Of a stretch of DNA of 64,000 nucleotides, positions 41,201-53,200 are shown piece by piece; within the stretch, counting starts at the first letter, position 1; each line of letters opens with the position of its first letter. The translations under genes and the position numbers were made by a program. The notes beneath the pieces are model-generated. The model made no database searches and was not told the origin of the DNA. It saw only the letters and a program-made list of their open reading frames with translations. Source of the stretch: Pavona decussata (taxonomy: Eukaryota). The DNA is taken from positions 434,001 to 498,000 of the forward strand of contig CDRNST010000167.1 in the NCBI GenBank assembly GCA_977016875.1. The letters run 5' to 3'.

Positions 41201-44200
41201 AGTCATGGAGAAATACTGAGATAAAAAACCTTTTCCTTTGACGCTGCCATCGATGGGCCGGCTGTTGTCTGTGGTAAGCGCACATTTATCGTTACCTGAG
41301 CGAGTGGAGCCAGAGTTGCTGTGATGTAGCAAACTGCTATTCGCTTCTTCTCGGCACAGGGGTTCCATAATTTCGTTTGGATACTGCAAGAGAGAGTCGT
41401 TGTTGCTCTTCCTCGTCGGCTTCATCGCAGTCGTCGAGGTAATGCACGCTTCTGTGACCTGTGACTTTGACGATATCTGAGCGTTCAACGTTAGCTTTCT
41501 TCAGTTTGCTGACTGTTGTTTTTCTTGCATTGTAATTCGTGAACTCACTTTTTTCTTGGCTACTAGCCGCATAGTGCAGCCATTATCACTCTTAAGCTGT
41601 CTGGCTTGTAGTCGTCACCATTCTTGTTTTTCACTTCAACGTATCATGTTTCCAGTAGTTCGTTCAGTTTTTCCGGCTCGTTTTCCTCGATCCTGTTGAC
41701 GATATTTTCCCCTTCACGCCACGTTTTCCACACATTAAGCCAGCAAGAGATTGTCTTAACTGTGTTCGGGTCTTTGGGGTGATTTTAAGCTGTTCTATTG
41801 TTGTTTCACTTGCAAAACCAAATCGTTGTTTGCTGAAAACCCCGCCCATTTTTTCTCCGCTTCTTATCTCAAATTTCGTTGCTATAGAAACAACTCTAAA
41901 CTGATTGGCTGTCGTTGGATTCTTTTGTTTCCCAGCCAATCAGAACCCATTTGTAATTGCACTCGTGTTACACGAAAACTGCACTTCTTTTATAGTCAAT
42001 CAGAATGAAGTTATTTTTTCATGTATATTATTATACCAATAACTGTTAATATTAAGACACTGATAATATAATTATACTTAGTAACTATAATTCGATTCTT
42101 GAATCCATGTGACTGGTGCTTAGTATACCTTAAACACACCAAGAATTGCTGCCCTTATTACAGGTCTTTAGAGATAGGAAAGTGCAATAAAATCATTTTG
42201 TTTTGTTTACTCGACGAAAAAAGTTTCACCAATACTGTTGAACTATTTGGCCAAAGTATACATCATGAACCTTGTAACCATTGTACTTAATCACTTTCAC
42301 ATCGGCAACATGTACTAAAACGTAAAACAAGCTTCATCTCATATTTGTGGCTTACAAGCACCTTGTCTAACGCCTGGATGTAGTCATTATACTGCGGACT
42401 ACCCTTAATGAACTCTGTAGACTTCAGTGGAAAATTATCTCCCACAAAGTTATTCAATCCTAGTCTGAAAAACAAAGAGAAACAAAGTGAGGTACAGGGA
42501 ATCCAATGGAATAATGCGCTAACATAGAAACTTACCTCAGTGCTTCCATTTGTGCTTGCGGTAATTTGGTAAAGTGCGGCAAAAGCTCCAGCACCTGACT
42601 CTGAAGGAATAGAAAGAACAGTTTACAAAAATTAAGAAAAGCTGTTTTCCATCTGCGTTCTTTAGCCGAGCCAGCTTGAACCCAATCATTTTAAAGTATC
42701 TCAGTCAGTGTTGGTAATTTTTATATAGAATGCGTTTTCCTGTAAGAATTTCAAATATAATTACAAAAAATTACCTTTCATCAAGAAGCACTGACTCATA
42801 ATATTAACATTAAATATGTACTTGTAAAATAATTATTAATAATGGTAATTGATTATTTGTAATCCCTCCTAGCTTCTCCTTTCCTTCAAGAAGAAGGGAA
42901 ACCAAACCTCGCTAATGGTTGGTGATTCCGGCCTGCTTGCATGCAATTTGTTTCTTAGCTCGTACTTCAAAATTGCTGATGGAAAGCAAGAGCTTGCTCT
43001 CCTTCTTAAAGCTCCAATGGCCCAAAAGGCGTCATCCATTTTGCGAGTTGTAACGTTGTGAATTTGTGAGTTTGCAAGTCGAGGTGCGAGTTGTATGACT
43101 TATAAGTTGTAAGATTTACAAGAAGCAACTCCTAACTCGCAAAGTTGCAACAAGCAACTTACAAACGCACAACTCGCGCTATAGCTAAAGCCAATCACCA
43201 ACACTGCTGTCATGCTGGCTTTTGTATCTTGAAGTCCTGGTCAAAGGGACTGTTACGGATTTCCAGGTCATGGTTGCAATCTGGCATCCAGTACAGAGGA
43301 CATTATTTTCATATTTTTAGGACTGTGGAAAGATGTGCAGAAAATAAACTCTTTTTGAAAGAACTTACCTTGAATACTAGGGGTGCCGACTTGTCATTCA
43401 TAAAACGCAAGTACATGTCAAGCAAGCTTGGGAAAACGGGATTGTTTGAATCTGTAACCAACTGTGTGAAGAAGGGAAAAACATTGTTAAAGGAGCAAGA
43501 AAAGGTGAAACAGTGCATGGGAATGCCAAGGTACATCACTTTTCCATCATCAGCTAAAGTTGAAAACAAGATTTTTTGTAACTAACTGCTGCACCATTCT
43601 AAGCAAAAAAGGTCACAATCACATCCCCTTTAACTCGCTTTAATACAACAATATAACATTCTACTAACCATTAAAGCTCTTTGAGTTAACTCGAAAATGC
43701 TCAGAAAATACGTTTAAATGCTAACCTTTGAGTTTAAAATAAGAATTTTTTTCAGAATCATTAGCATGGAGTGCTTGAGGTCCATAGAGGAGTTTGTAGA
43801 CCACCACACATCAAAGGCGGACCAGCAGTTTAAAATTGCAGCAACAATACTTGATCCATGCCTAAAAAAAAAAAACACAACAACAACAATGTGCTATTGT
43901 AGAATTGGGATCATATGTGACTGGTGACTGTGTTTTGGTTTAAGCAAGGCAAATGCTGATATACAGTCAAACTGGTTTTCTTGGGCTAAATTTTACACAA
44001 GCCAAAGGACGGGTTTACATTTATACGCGTCTTTTCATATTCTGGACCAGGCTCTGTAAAACCTGTAGGCAGTTGTTGCATATAGCAACATTTTTCCATT
44101 TTTAAAATTACTTTGTTGGACAACAAATGAAGCAAATGTNNNNNNNNNNNNNNNNNNNNNNNNNNNNNNNNNNNNNNNNNNNNNNNNNNNNNNNNNNNNN

Positions 44201-47200
44201 NNNNNNNNNNNNNNNNNNNNNNNNNNNNNNNNNNNNNNNNNNNNNNNNNNNNNNNNNNNNNNNNNNNNNNNNNNNNNNNNNNNNNNNNNNNNNNNNNNNN
44301 NNNNNNNNNNNNNNNNNNNNNNNNNNNNNNNNNNNNNNNNNNNNNNNNNNNNNNNNNNNNNNNNNNCAAACCAATTTGCTTTAATAATACTTTGTAACGA
44401 ACAAACAGAAAAAATGGGGATTAAGGTGTGTATGTTTTACAATATGGCACCTCTTTCGTAGGATCCCTTCTCTGATGACTTGGTCAAGAATTCCATTCAA
44501 CATGCTTGAAATCTAAGTATAAAGACCATTCAAATGAAACACAAATGTTAATCCTGTTCTCATGAAGATAGAAGCTATTGATTGTTACCATTGATTTTCA
44601 TTCTCTTGACTAAACTACACCTAGACCAGGCCTTGTTGGAACCTGGCATTTATTTGGGGCGTTGTGCTTATTAAATGAGGGTATTCCAATTTTGGAATTA
44701 TTTCAGCCCAATTTAGGTTTCGTTATTTATACTAACTTAAAACGAAAGTCTACTGAATTTAAAGCACATGTACTCCATAAAAGGTACGAGACGATAAAAG
44801 GACAGGCTGAAAGCACGTCCGATGGTAGAATTGTTTGCAAAATATTGTATCTGAACAAGTTGATTACAGTTCCATAATCAAAGGCTCCTGTGAGCCAACT
44901 CGTGAATGCAGAAGTGAATAGTGGTAACCGCAACGTAGCACTCGCATCAAACTATGTTAAAACTAACGATTCGTGGACGACCTTCAGGAATGAAGTGTGA
45001 CCCAAAAGGTATAAAACATTGTTCGCATTGTGTTTGGTTAGCCCAGGACTCGAAATATAAATCGCATTTAAGAAGTTGTAAGAAAGTTTAAATTTTTTAA
45101 AATTCTTTGGGGCCTTTGGAGTGCTTGGCTTTTAAAGGCGAAAAAAAAGTACGAAGGTTCGAACCGGGACCATCAGCAAACCTTCAGCAGCTTCAAAGAC
45201 CATGTACCACTCCACTGCACCACACGTGCTCAACTTCCAATGCAGTGATTAAATTTTGTATTTATTAGTTGTTTACGGTGTCTAACTATAGAGCGCCCGT
45301 GGCGTTACGATTTTAACAGCCAAATGACTTCGGACTACCAAAGAAGAATACGCAAATGAGCACGGGACACGCTCATCTCCCCATCGTATTTTCTGTTTCC
45401 ATTTTGCACGAAATCGCATTGACTTGGACAACAATCTCGATCTGCTTAAGCGGCATTCAACAGTGCGCAGTTCTCACCAAAATGTAAACGTACGAAGACT
45501 AAATGCATCGGTCGAGTGTTCTTTACTCTATTTCTTTTAATTTCGAACTCCAATATAATTGGAGAAGAGAATCTAAAGCGAGCTGTAAGGGTACGCCACA
45601 TTTGAGTGACATCTCCCCACATAATGATAACTCGTTCATTGCGCATGCGCGAATTCACGAGTTTTACCGAGCTCGCCTTTGAGTTATAAAAAATTAAAGG
45701 TAAATTTGGTCGCAAATTTGTTCACAAATGTTTAGCCATGTTTTTGATACCATTATTATTGTATCAAGTGATAAAGAATGGATCAATTAATCTGTCAAAG
45801 TATAAGTGCTGCAAAGTGATGGCAACCAGTGCCAGCCGCCTTAAAATCAGCCACTTTCTGTGTGATAAATCGGACTCAGTTTCATAATCAAGTTCTATGA
45901 AGCAAGGAGAAGACATCAAACCTCAGCTCTTTTGTAATGTTTAAGAAACAAGTAGGCTTTAAAAACATTCCTGGAAAAGCGTGTGTCAAGAGTTCATAAC
46001 AATCATACTTTTGTGAACGTTGGAAATTAGCATACGAGAAAAACACTGCATACTAATGAGGAGTGTTTCATCAGCTGATAAAGTATCGCATATTGATGAG
46101 GAGTGTTTTACCAGCTGATAAAACACCTAAAACTAATAAGGAGGAGGTTTATCGATATAAAATCACTGCACGTGATGTATTATCGACCATTTGATAGGTC
46201 AATGGGCTTATGAATTATTAATGAGTTTTTGAAGTAACAGTGAAATCGTGTACATTAGAAAATCACCATGCTTGGCTGACTTGTTTGATTAACAGGTTCG
46301 TTCAGAAGCGTATTTTTACCTTACGTTTCCATGCTTCTCCTATTAAAAGGAGCTGTACAGGAAGGCTGTGTTTAGTTTTAGTGTAATTTAATAATAGTGG
46401 CTTAAAATAGAAAAAAATGATATGAGAATAACCCTGCATTAAAAATATGGCATTGTATTTTCTTACCAAAAATGGATGTGAGGGAGCTGTAGTAAGAATC
46501 TTTGGCACATGTAGATTAGGTTCTCTAATGAAGAAACCATTAATGCTTGTCTGAAAAGTTCTGTAAAATGCGAGACCAAAGGAAGAACCTGTATTATGAA
46601 GACAAATAAAAAGAAAGCTTAAAAGTGCTGTAGCGTTTTACGCACACACACAAAAAAGTAATTGAACACCCCTTTAATCAAAACTGTGGCATTTTATAAA
46701 AAAAAAATCGCAGAACAAGGGCCACAATCATGTTTCTACAAACCTGAATCGGTGGACAAGCCTTGTATGATGTATTCCATTAGACTGCTATGCTGTGAAA
46801 GATAATAATAATCATATATCATATCCAATAACGATCGATAACTTTTTCGATAATGCCATAATATTGGCCGAACGGGTTAAGAGGGATGTGTCACAGGGAT
46901 GTGGGCACGAGTTTCCAAAGAAAATCATTCAAACTGGTCTTTTATATCATAAATATTTGGGTTTTTTTTGTAGAATTAATTGATAATTTTATTTCAAAAT
47001 TTCAAAATGTTACTGTGCACCAGGTAAAAACTCCCAAAATGAGAATTCGTTGAACAATAGGAGAACATAGAAAGCAGGCCAAAAAATAGCAGAAAATAGG
47101 AACGTGACATCTTGCATTTCAGAGACAAAAGGCCGCACTAACCTTTAGACCAAGATTGTAAGCCAAATCCAGCAATTTACAAGCAAATTGATGTGATGCT

Positions 47201-50200
47201 GGAGTAAGATTTATCATGGCGGATCGGACATTTGCAGGTGACTTAACACCTTCATACACTGCTGACAACAACTTTGCTGCGTATTGTTCTGGTGTATTTT
47301 CAGCCTGAAAACATTAAAAACAACACATGCAACATCAATTCCGAGAATGAGTATTATTCAGTGGGTGGCACAGGCATACTCAGAAAAAGGAAATCTGAGT
47401 GCTTTTACCAGGAGACGAGCCTTAGACCTTCCGATTACTACTAGCTCGGATGCTCTACCACTGAGCTACGTGAGACTCGTGGGAGCTAAGGCCATTAAAC
47501 TAGGTTCATGGGTTTTGAATGTCAATGTGTGGCATATGCTCAATGGAATAAATGTGGTGGTATAAATGGCAGTACATTTTTCTGTCTCTTTGCCTTGATT
47601 CTGAATTGGTTAAAACTCTATGCAATATAATGGAAATGTAATTCAACTCAGATCTCCTTTTGTGGAGGGTAGGGATATCCACTTACAACTGCATTTGAGA
47701 TAAAACTGTAGAATTTACGTACAGTATATATCAAATAATGTTTAGTAGAATCTTGCCAACTTAAACTCTGTAGAAACATCTAGCCGTTCAAGTTAATCAA
47801 AGGTTGGTTATCAGGGTCACTGTAAGTATTGTGATAGAGCAACAAAAATATTGAGGAACTTCTTTTGGTTCAAGTTCTTTAGAATTTTGGTTATCAAGAT
47901 GCTACTGTAATTAAAGATTCAATATTGAAAGCTGTAAAATGCTACTGAAATTAAGGATTTCGATTTTGAAAGCTGTGGCCTTATTTTTCTCAAGGATGGG
48001 TATGGAATAAGTGCGAGTGGTACGTCATAAAACCACACATGGCTTCATATTGCCACTATCAGAGACATACAGCCATATACACTGCATATATAACAAGTTC
48101 AAAGTATTTTCTTTATTCAGACCAAATGGCATCCTACCGACTATTTCAATCCCCAAACAATTTGGATGAAGGTTTTGCGAAATAATAAAAATACCTGAGC
48201 GGACAAAAGCAAACCAGCAGAGTGAAGCTGTTGATATCCTTGAACTAGATGACCCAAACGCAGATGGTCCACCTGAGATTCGTCTGGGCCACACAAGGGC
48301 AGTGGCAGCTGATCAAACAGGTTACAGTGGCTGTGGTAGAATACATGCAATTAACTTAAACTAGAATAAGACACCCTGTTATCTCTCCAGCTTGATCTTA
48401 ACTATGACCTGACAACTTTGTAAAACTACAACCTAAATGGAAAGAAGCCTCAACACCATGAGGGGCGCGGGTTAGGTGGGAGGGTTGATCACCTCAAAAT
48501 TTTAATTAAATTCCTAAACGTCTAGTAAATGAAAGAACTGCTTAAGGTAGTAAGTTCACAGTGTACCAATTCCTCGACTACCTTCCTAAAGAATTGATCT
48601 TATTGGCCAAGAATAATAGAGTTTTAAGCATAATTAACAATTTGCAGCTACATCTGTGCTGTTTCTGGTTCAAAATGTTGTGTAGGATTTAAGACTTCAG
48701 TTACCAAGATTACAATGACGGAATACTCAATTAAAAGATAATTACTTCAGGTTCTCCACCAAGAAACATCACAACAAGCCATTTGCAGAATTAGTCAAGA
48801 AACCTTTCAATCTACCAGAACTGAGACAATATATGGCCAAACTGAACATTTTATCGGAGCGCTGTTCATTTGGACTAAATAACCAATATCAAGATAAGCC
48901 TTGTAATGTGTGAAACTATGTGTGAAGATAGCTGGCAGAAAGAAAACAAAGAATACACCGAGGCTTACCAATTTGCCATCTTACGAGAAGCAGGAGATTC
49001 GAGACAAAGAACAGAAAGAACCAAAAGACTACACTGTGATCATAAGCAGGGAAACAAACAAGCATCCTTTAAACAACCCAAAGTATTCAAGGAAAAAAAA
49101 CCACTATGAAGATTACTGGAAAGGAGACAACTGCTTTGTGCAGCAGGTCAGTTGGGAAAGATATTCAAAGTAGCAGCAGCATCCACTGGGGACAAAAGAA
49201 GAAACCGACGAATACACAAAATATGTATTCTGTTACTCTTACTTTGGTACACCTCCTCTGACAAGATTTTCTTCATGTGACAAGCAACATTTTTCAGTCA
49301 TCGTTTAAACTGCTTGTTTGATAGGAACAACAAGAAAAGTGGAGAAGATCAGATCTATTTTCCTGTAGATTATTTCCAGATCATCTCTATTACTCTTTAC
49401 TTAGTCTGATAGTTTGCACAGAATACAGTGAAGTGTACACGCTGTGATGATAAGTAACCCTATGGTCTGCTGATATGAAGCAAAATACAATAGCTTGGAA
49501 AACATGTTAACTGTGTTTCCCTCAAGACCAGTCGCATGCATATAATAAAGGGGAAAATAGCTAATGTTGTTACAATAAACTAATATTACCTTCCTAGTGC
49601 AATTTTCTTTGTAATGCTCTCTTTAAACCTCTCACAAAGTGGTCCAGGAAGCTTCTGTGCCAGCATCTTACACAATGCACCAGTCTTAATGAAAGACAAC
49701 AGTGCCAAATGATAAGTCTGTTTTTCATTGAAACATAAAACCATTGTGCCAGCTCAGCAACACATTCATGTTCACGACAAACTGATATGTTGAAAAATGG
49801 TTAAAACTCTTGCCCAACCTGCATCGTTTGCTTTGCTTTGCTTGGTTATAGTGGAAATGCACTTAGCTACCCAAAGCTAGTTTACAGGCATTCCACTCAG
49901 AAATAGCGGGAAACAAAACATCGTTACATTATCACTTTTGCTTCCTCCTTGACAGCTCATATTTTGTGGCATTGAGATGGCTCAACATTTGAACAAAGAC
50001 ATGCCAAATTTCTTGTTGTTTTGAAATGCTGACATTTTTACATGCATCTGCATACATTGGGCATTTTCCACACAGTTCATGTAGTCACAAGTTGCCACTA
50101 TGCCAATACAGCTAATCTTTTCCGTTTTAATCGCATTTTCATCTGGAGTGTCTTAAAAAACCATATTACTTTGCAAAACAAAAAGAAAACAATGAAAACA

Positions 50201-53200
50201 TACTTTTTGGTAAAAAAAAAATAATAATCAGACCAAACCTGTTCTGGAAGCTTTTCTATGACTTCAACATCTCCCATGTTGAAACCAACCACTCCTGGTT
50301 CCAACACACAACTAAGTACCACATTGAATAGGCCATCACTCCAAAAATCAGCAGGAACAGTCTAGACAAATGTCAAATAACTGGTTATGATGATACTAAC
50401 CCTCACATTGGAAAAGTAAAACTTTACGGTAGCTTTCAGACAGTTGTCCAAAGCAAGCATAATATGATGATGGTTATTGGTTTTAATTCATAGAAAAAAG
50501 ACGTCAGCTCAAAGCATTTAAATCAAAAATCATTTCTGGCCTGCTGGCATAGCAGAAGATAATGGTTTTGTCTGATAGATTGCCCACACAATTGCATAGT
50601 AGCCCACAAACTTTCTCGACATACTGTATCATTTCTTCTTCTTCATCATCATCATTTTTTTTTTGTTATCTTTCAGCCCCAGCCATTTACTCTGGTATAC
50701 CACCTGCTGCGAGGGGTAAATGTACTAGTTGTTATTCAAAATGCAACTACACCTTCAAAGTTTCTTGAGTGGAGACTTGAAGTAGCACTGTTACAAAGTT
50801 CATGATCCTAACTATCACTGTGCACTTTGCCCTAAAAACAAACAATAACAAAACCATAAAAAGAACTACAAAAATCACATTCACAATTTGAACTAAGGTA
50901 TTGGGCGTTTCTTTCAAATGCAACTTGAAGATTTCCATGTTTAGTACAAGCCAAGCCAATAGAACAATTCAAGCCCTACAATGAGCATCACCTGCTATCC
51001 CAGGTCGCCCACTGAATGAGTACTGAGTAAACTGGTGAACACAGACGAAAAAGGATAATCCCTCAGGCCAGAAATAATAGAAACTCTAGCACTGGCGAGC
51101 CCTTAATTTTAAAGAGGCCCCACAGCCTTCTTAAACTCTGTACAACAACATTCTCCCTAAGTTGTTGATGACGTTACGAGTATCAAAGCTGATTGATCCA
51201 GATCTCATTATTTGACATCCTACAGTAGCACATGCTTTTGTAGACAATGGATGTCAGGCAATAATTAAGCAAGAGTTTTAACAGTTATTCATAAGGAAAA
51301 ATTCTCGGAAGGACACTTTCTAACTTAAAATAATTGTAACGAGTACTTTCCAAAAAAATGTTCGTTACCTGTTATAGCTGTCGATCTCGTTTGGTGTAAA
51401 TATCTCCACTTTGTCACTGGACACTCCTACGGTAAAGCAATCCCTGGCAGCAGTGATGCCAAACATGGCCATTTTGGTCACAAAAAAGCTCAAAGATTTG
51501 AACAGAACACTGGATTTTTTACCACCTTTTGGAGCTACAAAAAAGGTAGCAAAAGCCTTTATACCGTTTGGGAAACACTTCACCACAGAGTCTGATCATC
51601 ACTCAAAATGAAATGTTTATCAAACAGGTTTTAACGTAGAAATCTTGTATTTTAGTACAATACATGTTTAAGGTTTAACCTGCAGTATTGGTTTAATTCT
51701 CCAGCGTTCTTACAGCTCACTGCTTGGCCGATATTTTCCAAAGATATTCCACTAGTATTCTCGACAACAAATCATTTTTCTTCAAGGTAGAATTAAGTTC
51801 TCTGTTACTAAACACAGTTTCAATAAAATATTAGTGATCAATTCGCCAAATGTTTCCTTTTAGTATTACAGTACTCTGCTGATTTATTTCTCAACTCCTA
51901 TTATCAATCAAGGTAAAAAAGAGTCACTGACGAACATTCGGAGTTTGTTCCAACGCATTAAGCTCTCAATTCCTCAGTAACATACATTATGCTACAGGTA
52001 AGTTTAAGTGTGGTTGGTATTACTGATATGCCATTATTTGTAACTGTAAATCGTACTCACTGATAAAAACTTGACTTGGTGAAAGCAGGCGTTCACCAAA
52101 ACTCCAAGTGTAGCAATCGAGAGCTGCCAACAAGAAGTCAAACCAAACAAATGTCTCTTTCAAGGAAAATGGTCCACCAATATCTGACAGGGTAGGATAC
52201 TGCTCAATACCCTTTTGCCCTCCGCCTCCACCTTCAAAGCTAACAATCAAACGAATGAAAACATCACAAGGGTTTCAAAAGGAAGAAAGAAAATGAATAT
52301 TGAGAGCATACACAAAACATACACGTAGAGAGTAACATTTTTCCACTTTTTATTTTATCCCGTTTCCACATATATATGTAACGTTTCATTAGTCTTCTTA
52401 GTTTGAAATGTACAAAGCTGGAAGTTCTTTACTCGTGCCTAAACATCCTCGGCCACATCATTTCATCAATGCCGTCATGTCTTGGAACCTGTGGTGATAG
52501 GCTCGTACTTTTACTTAAGGGGCAGATGAAAGTGCATTTTGTCAAGAATTAGTCATTAGTGAGACAACACTGCTGTGAAAGACTTCTTTTTAACCTCCAT
52601 GTTGTAACTCACTCCTTAGAGCGGGTTTCAATTGAGTGTCGAAGCTAATTCGTGATTGCTTTGCGTTCATTTGCTTTACTACGCTCTGTGGTTGGTTAGA
52701 AAAACTCACACCACTTTGTCGACCACTGAGAAGCAAAACCAAAACCAATCGTGACTTGCTCACAATTGGTTCTTGCGCTTGGCGCCGGTTACATGTATTT
52801 TTGAATTGTTCATTACACTGTTTCAGTCTGTTGTGACTGCCCAGAGTAATTACTTTGGTTCTGGTTTTATGACGGTCAATTGAAAACCACTCTACAATAT
52901 GTTTATTATAATAAAGTCATACTGGTGGTTTAAAATTCTGTTTTTCTGTTGTGTGTGTGTTTTTGAGACTGTCCAACCTCACTTTTAGATATTTGTTGTA
53001 TACTGGCCATACCGCATTTTTAACCTTTCCATTTCTTCGCGTGACCAGAGCTGTACGCATTATTTAAAAATACAATTATTAAAAATTGTATGTAATTGCA
53101 CACTGCACAGGTAAATAAAGATTGTTGTAATTTGATACATTGCAACCACTTATAACTTAATTGCTAATGAACGATTTTTAAGCTGTACAAAGAAACACAT

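Noticed and set aside
23374-44366. Possibility that the two N gaps hide PRKDC exons
   Set aside because: Exons on either side join in phase and the protein shows no obvious missing segment.
45155-45230. tRNA-like GGTTCGAACC box (also at 3110-3175 and 47410-47470)
   Set aside because: No complete cloverleaf; these are tRNA-derived repeat fragments, not tRNA genes.
52978-53050. AG/GT-bounded, phase-compatible candidate for the exon between 14 and 16
   Set aside because: Its peptide does not resemble DNA-PKcs; 53893-53959 fits better.
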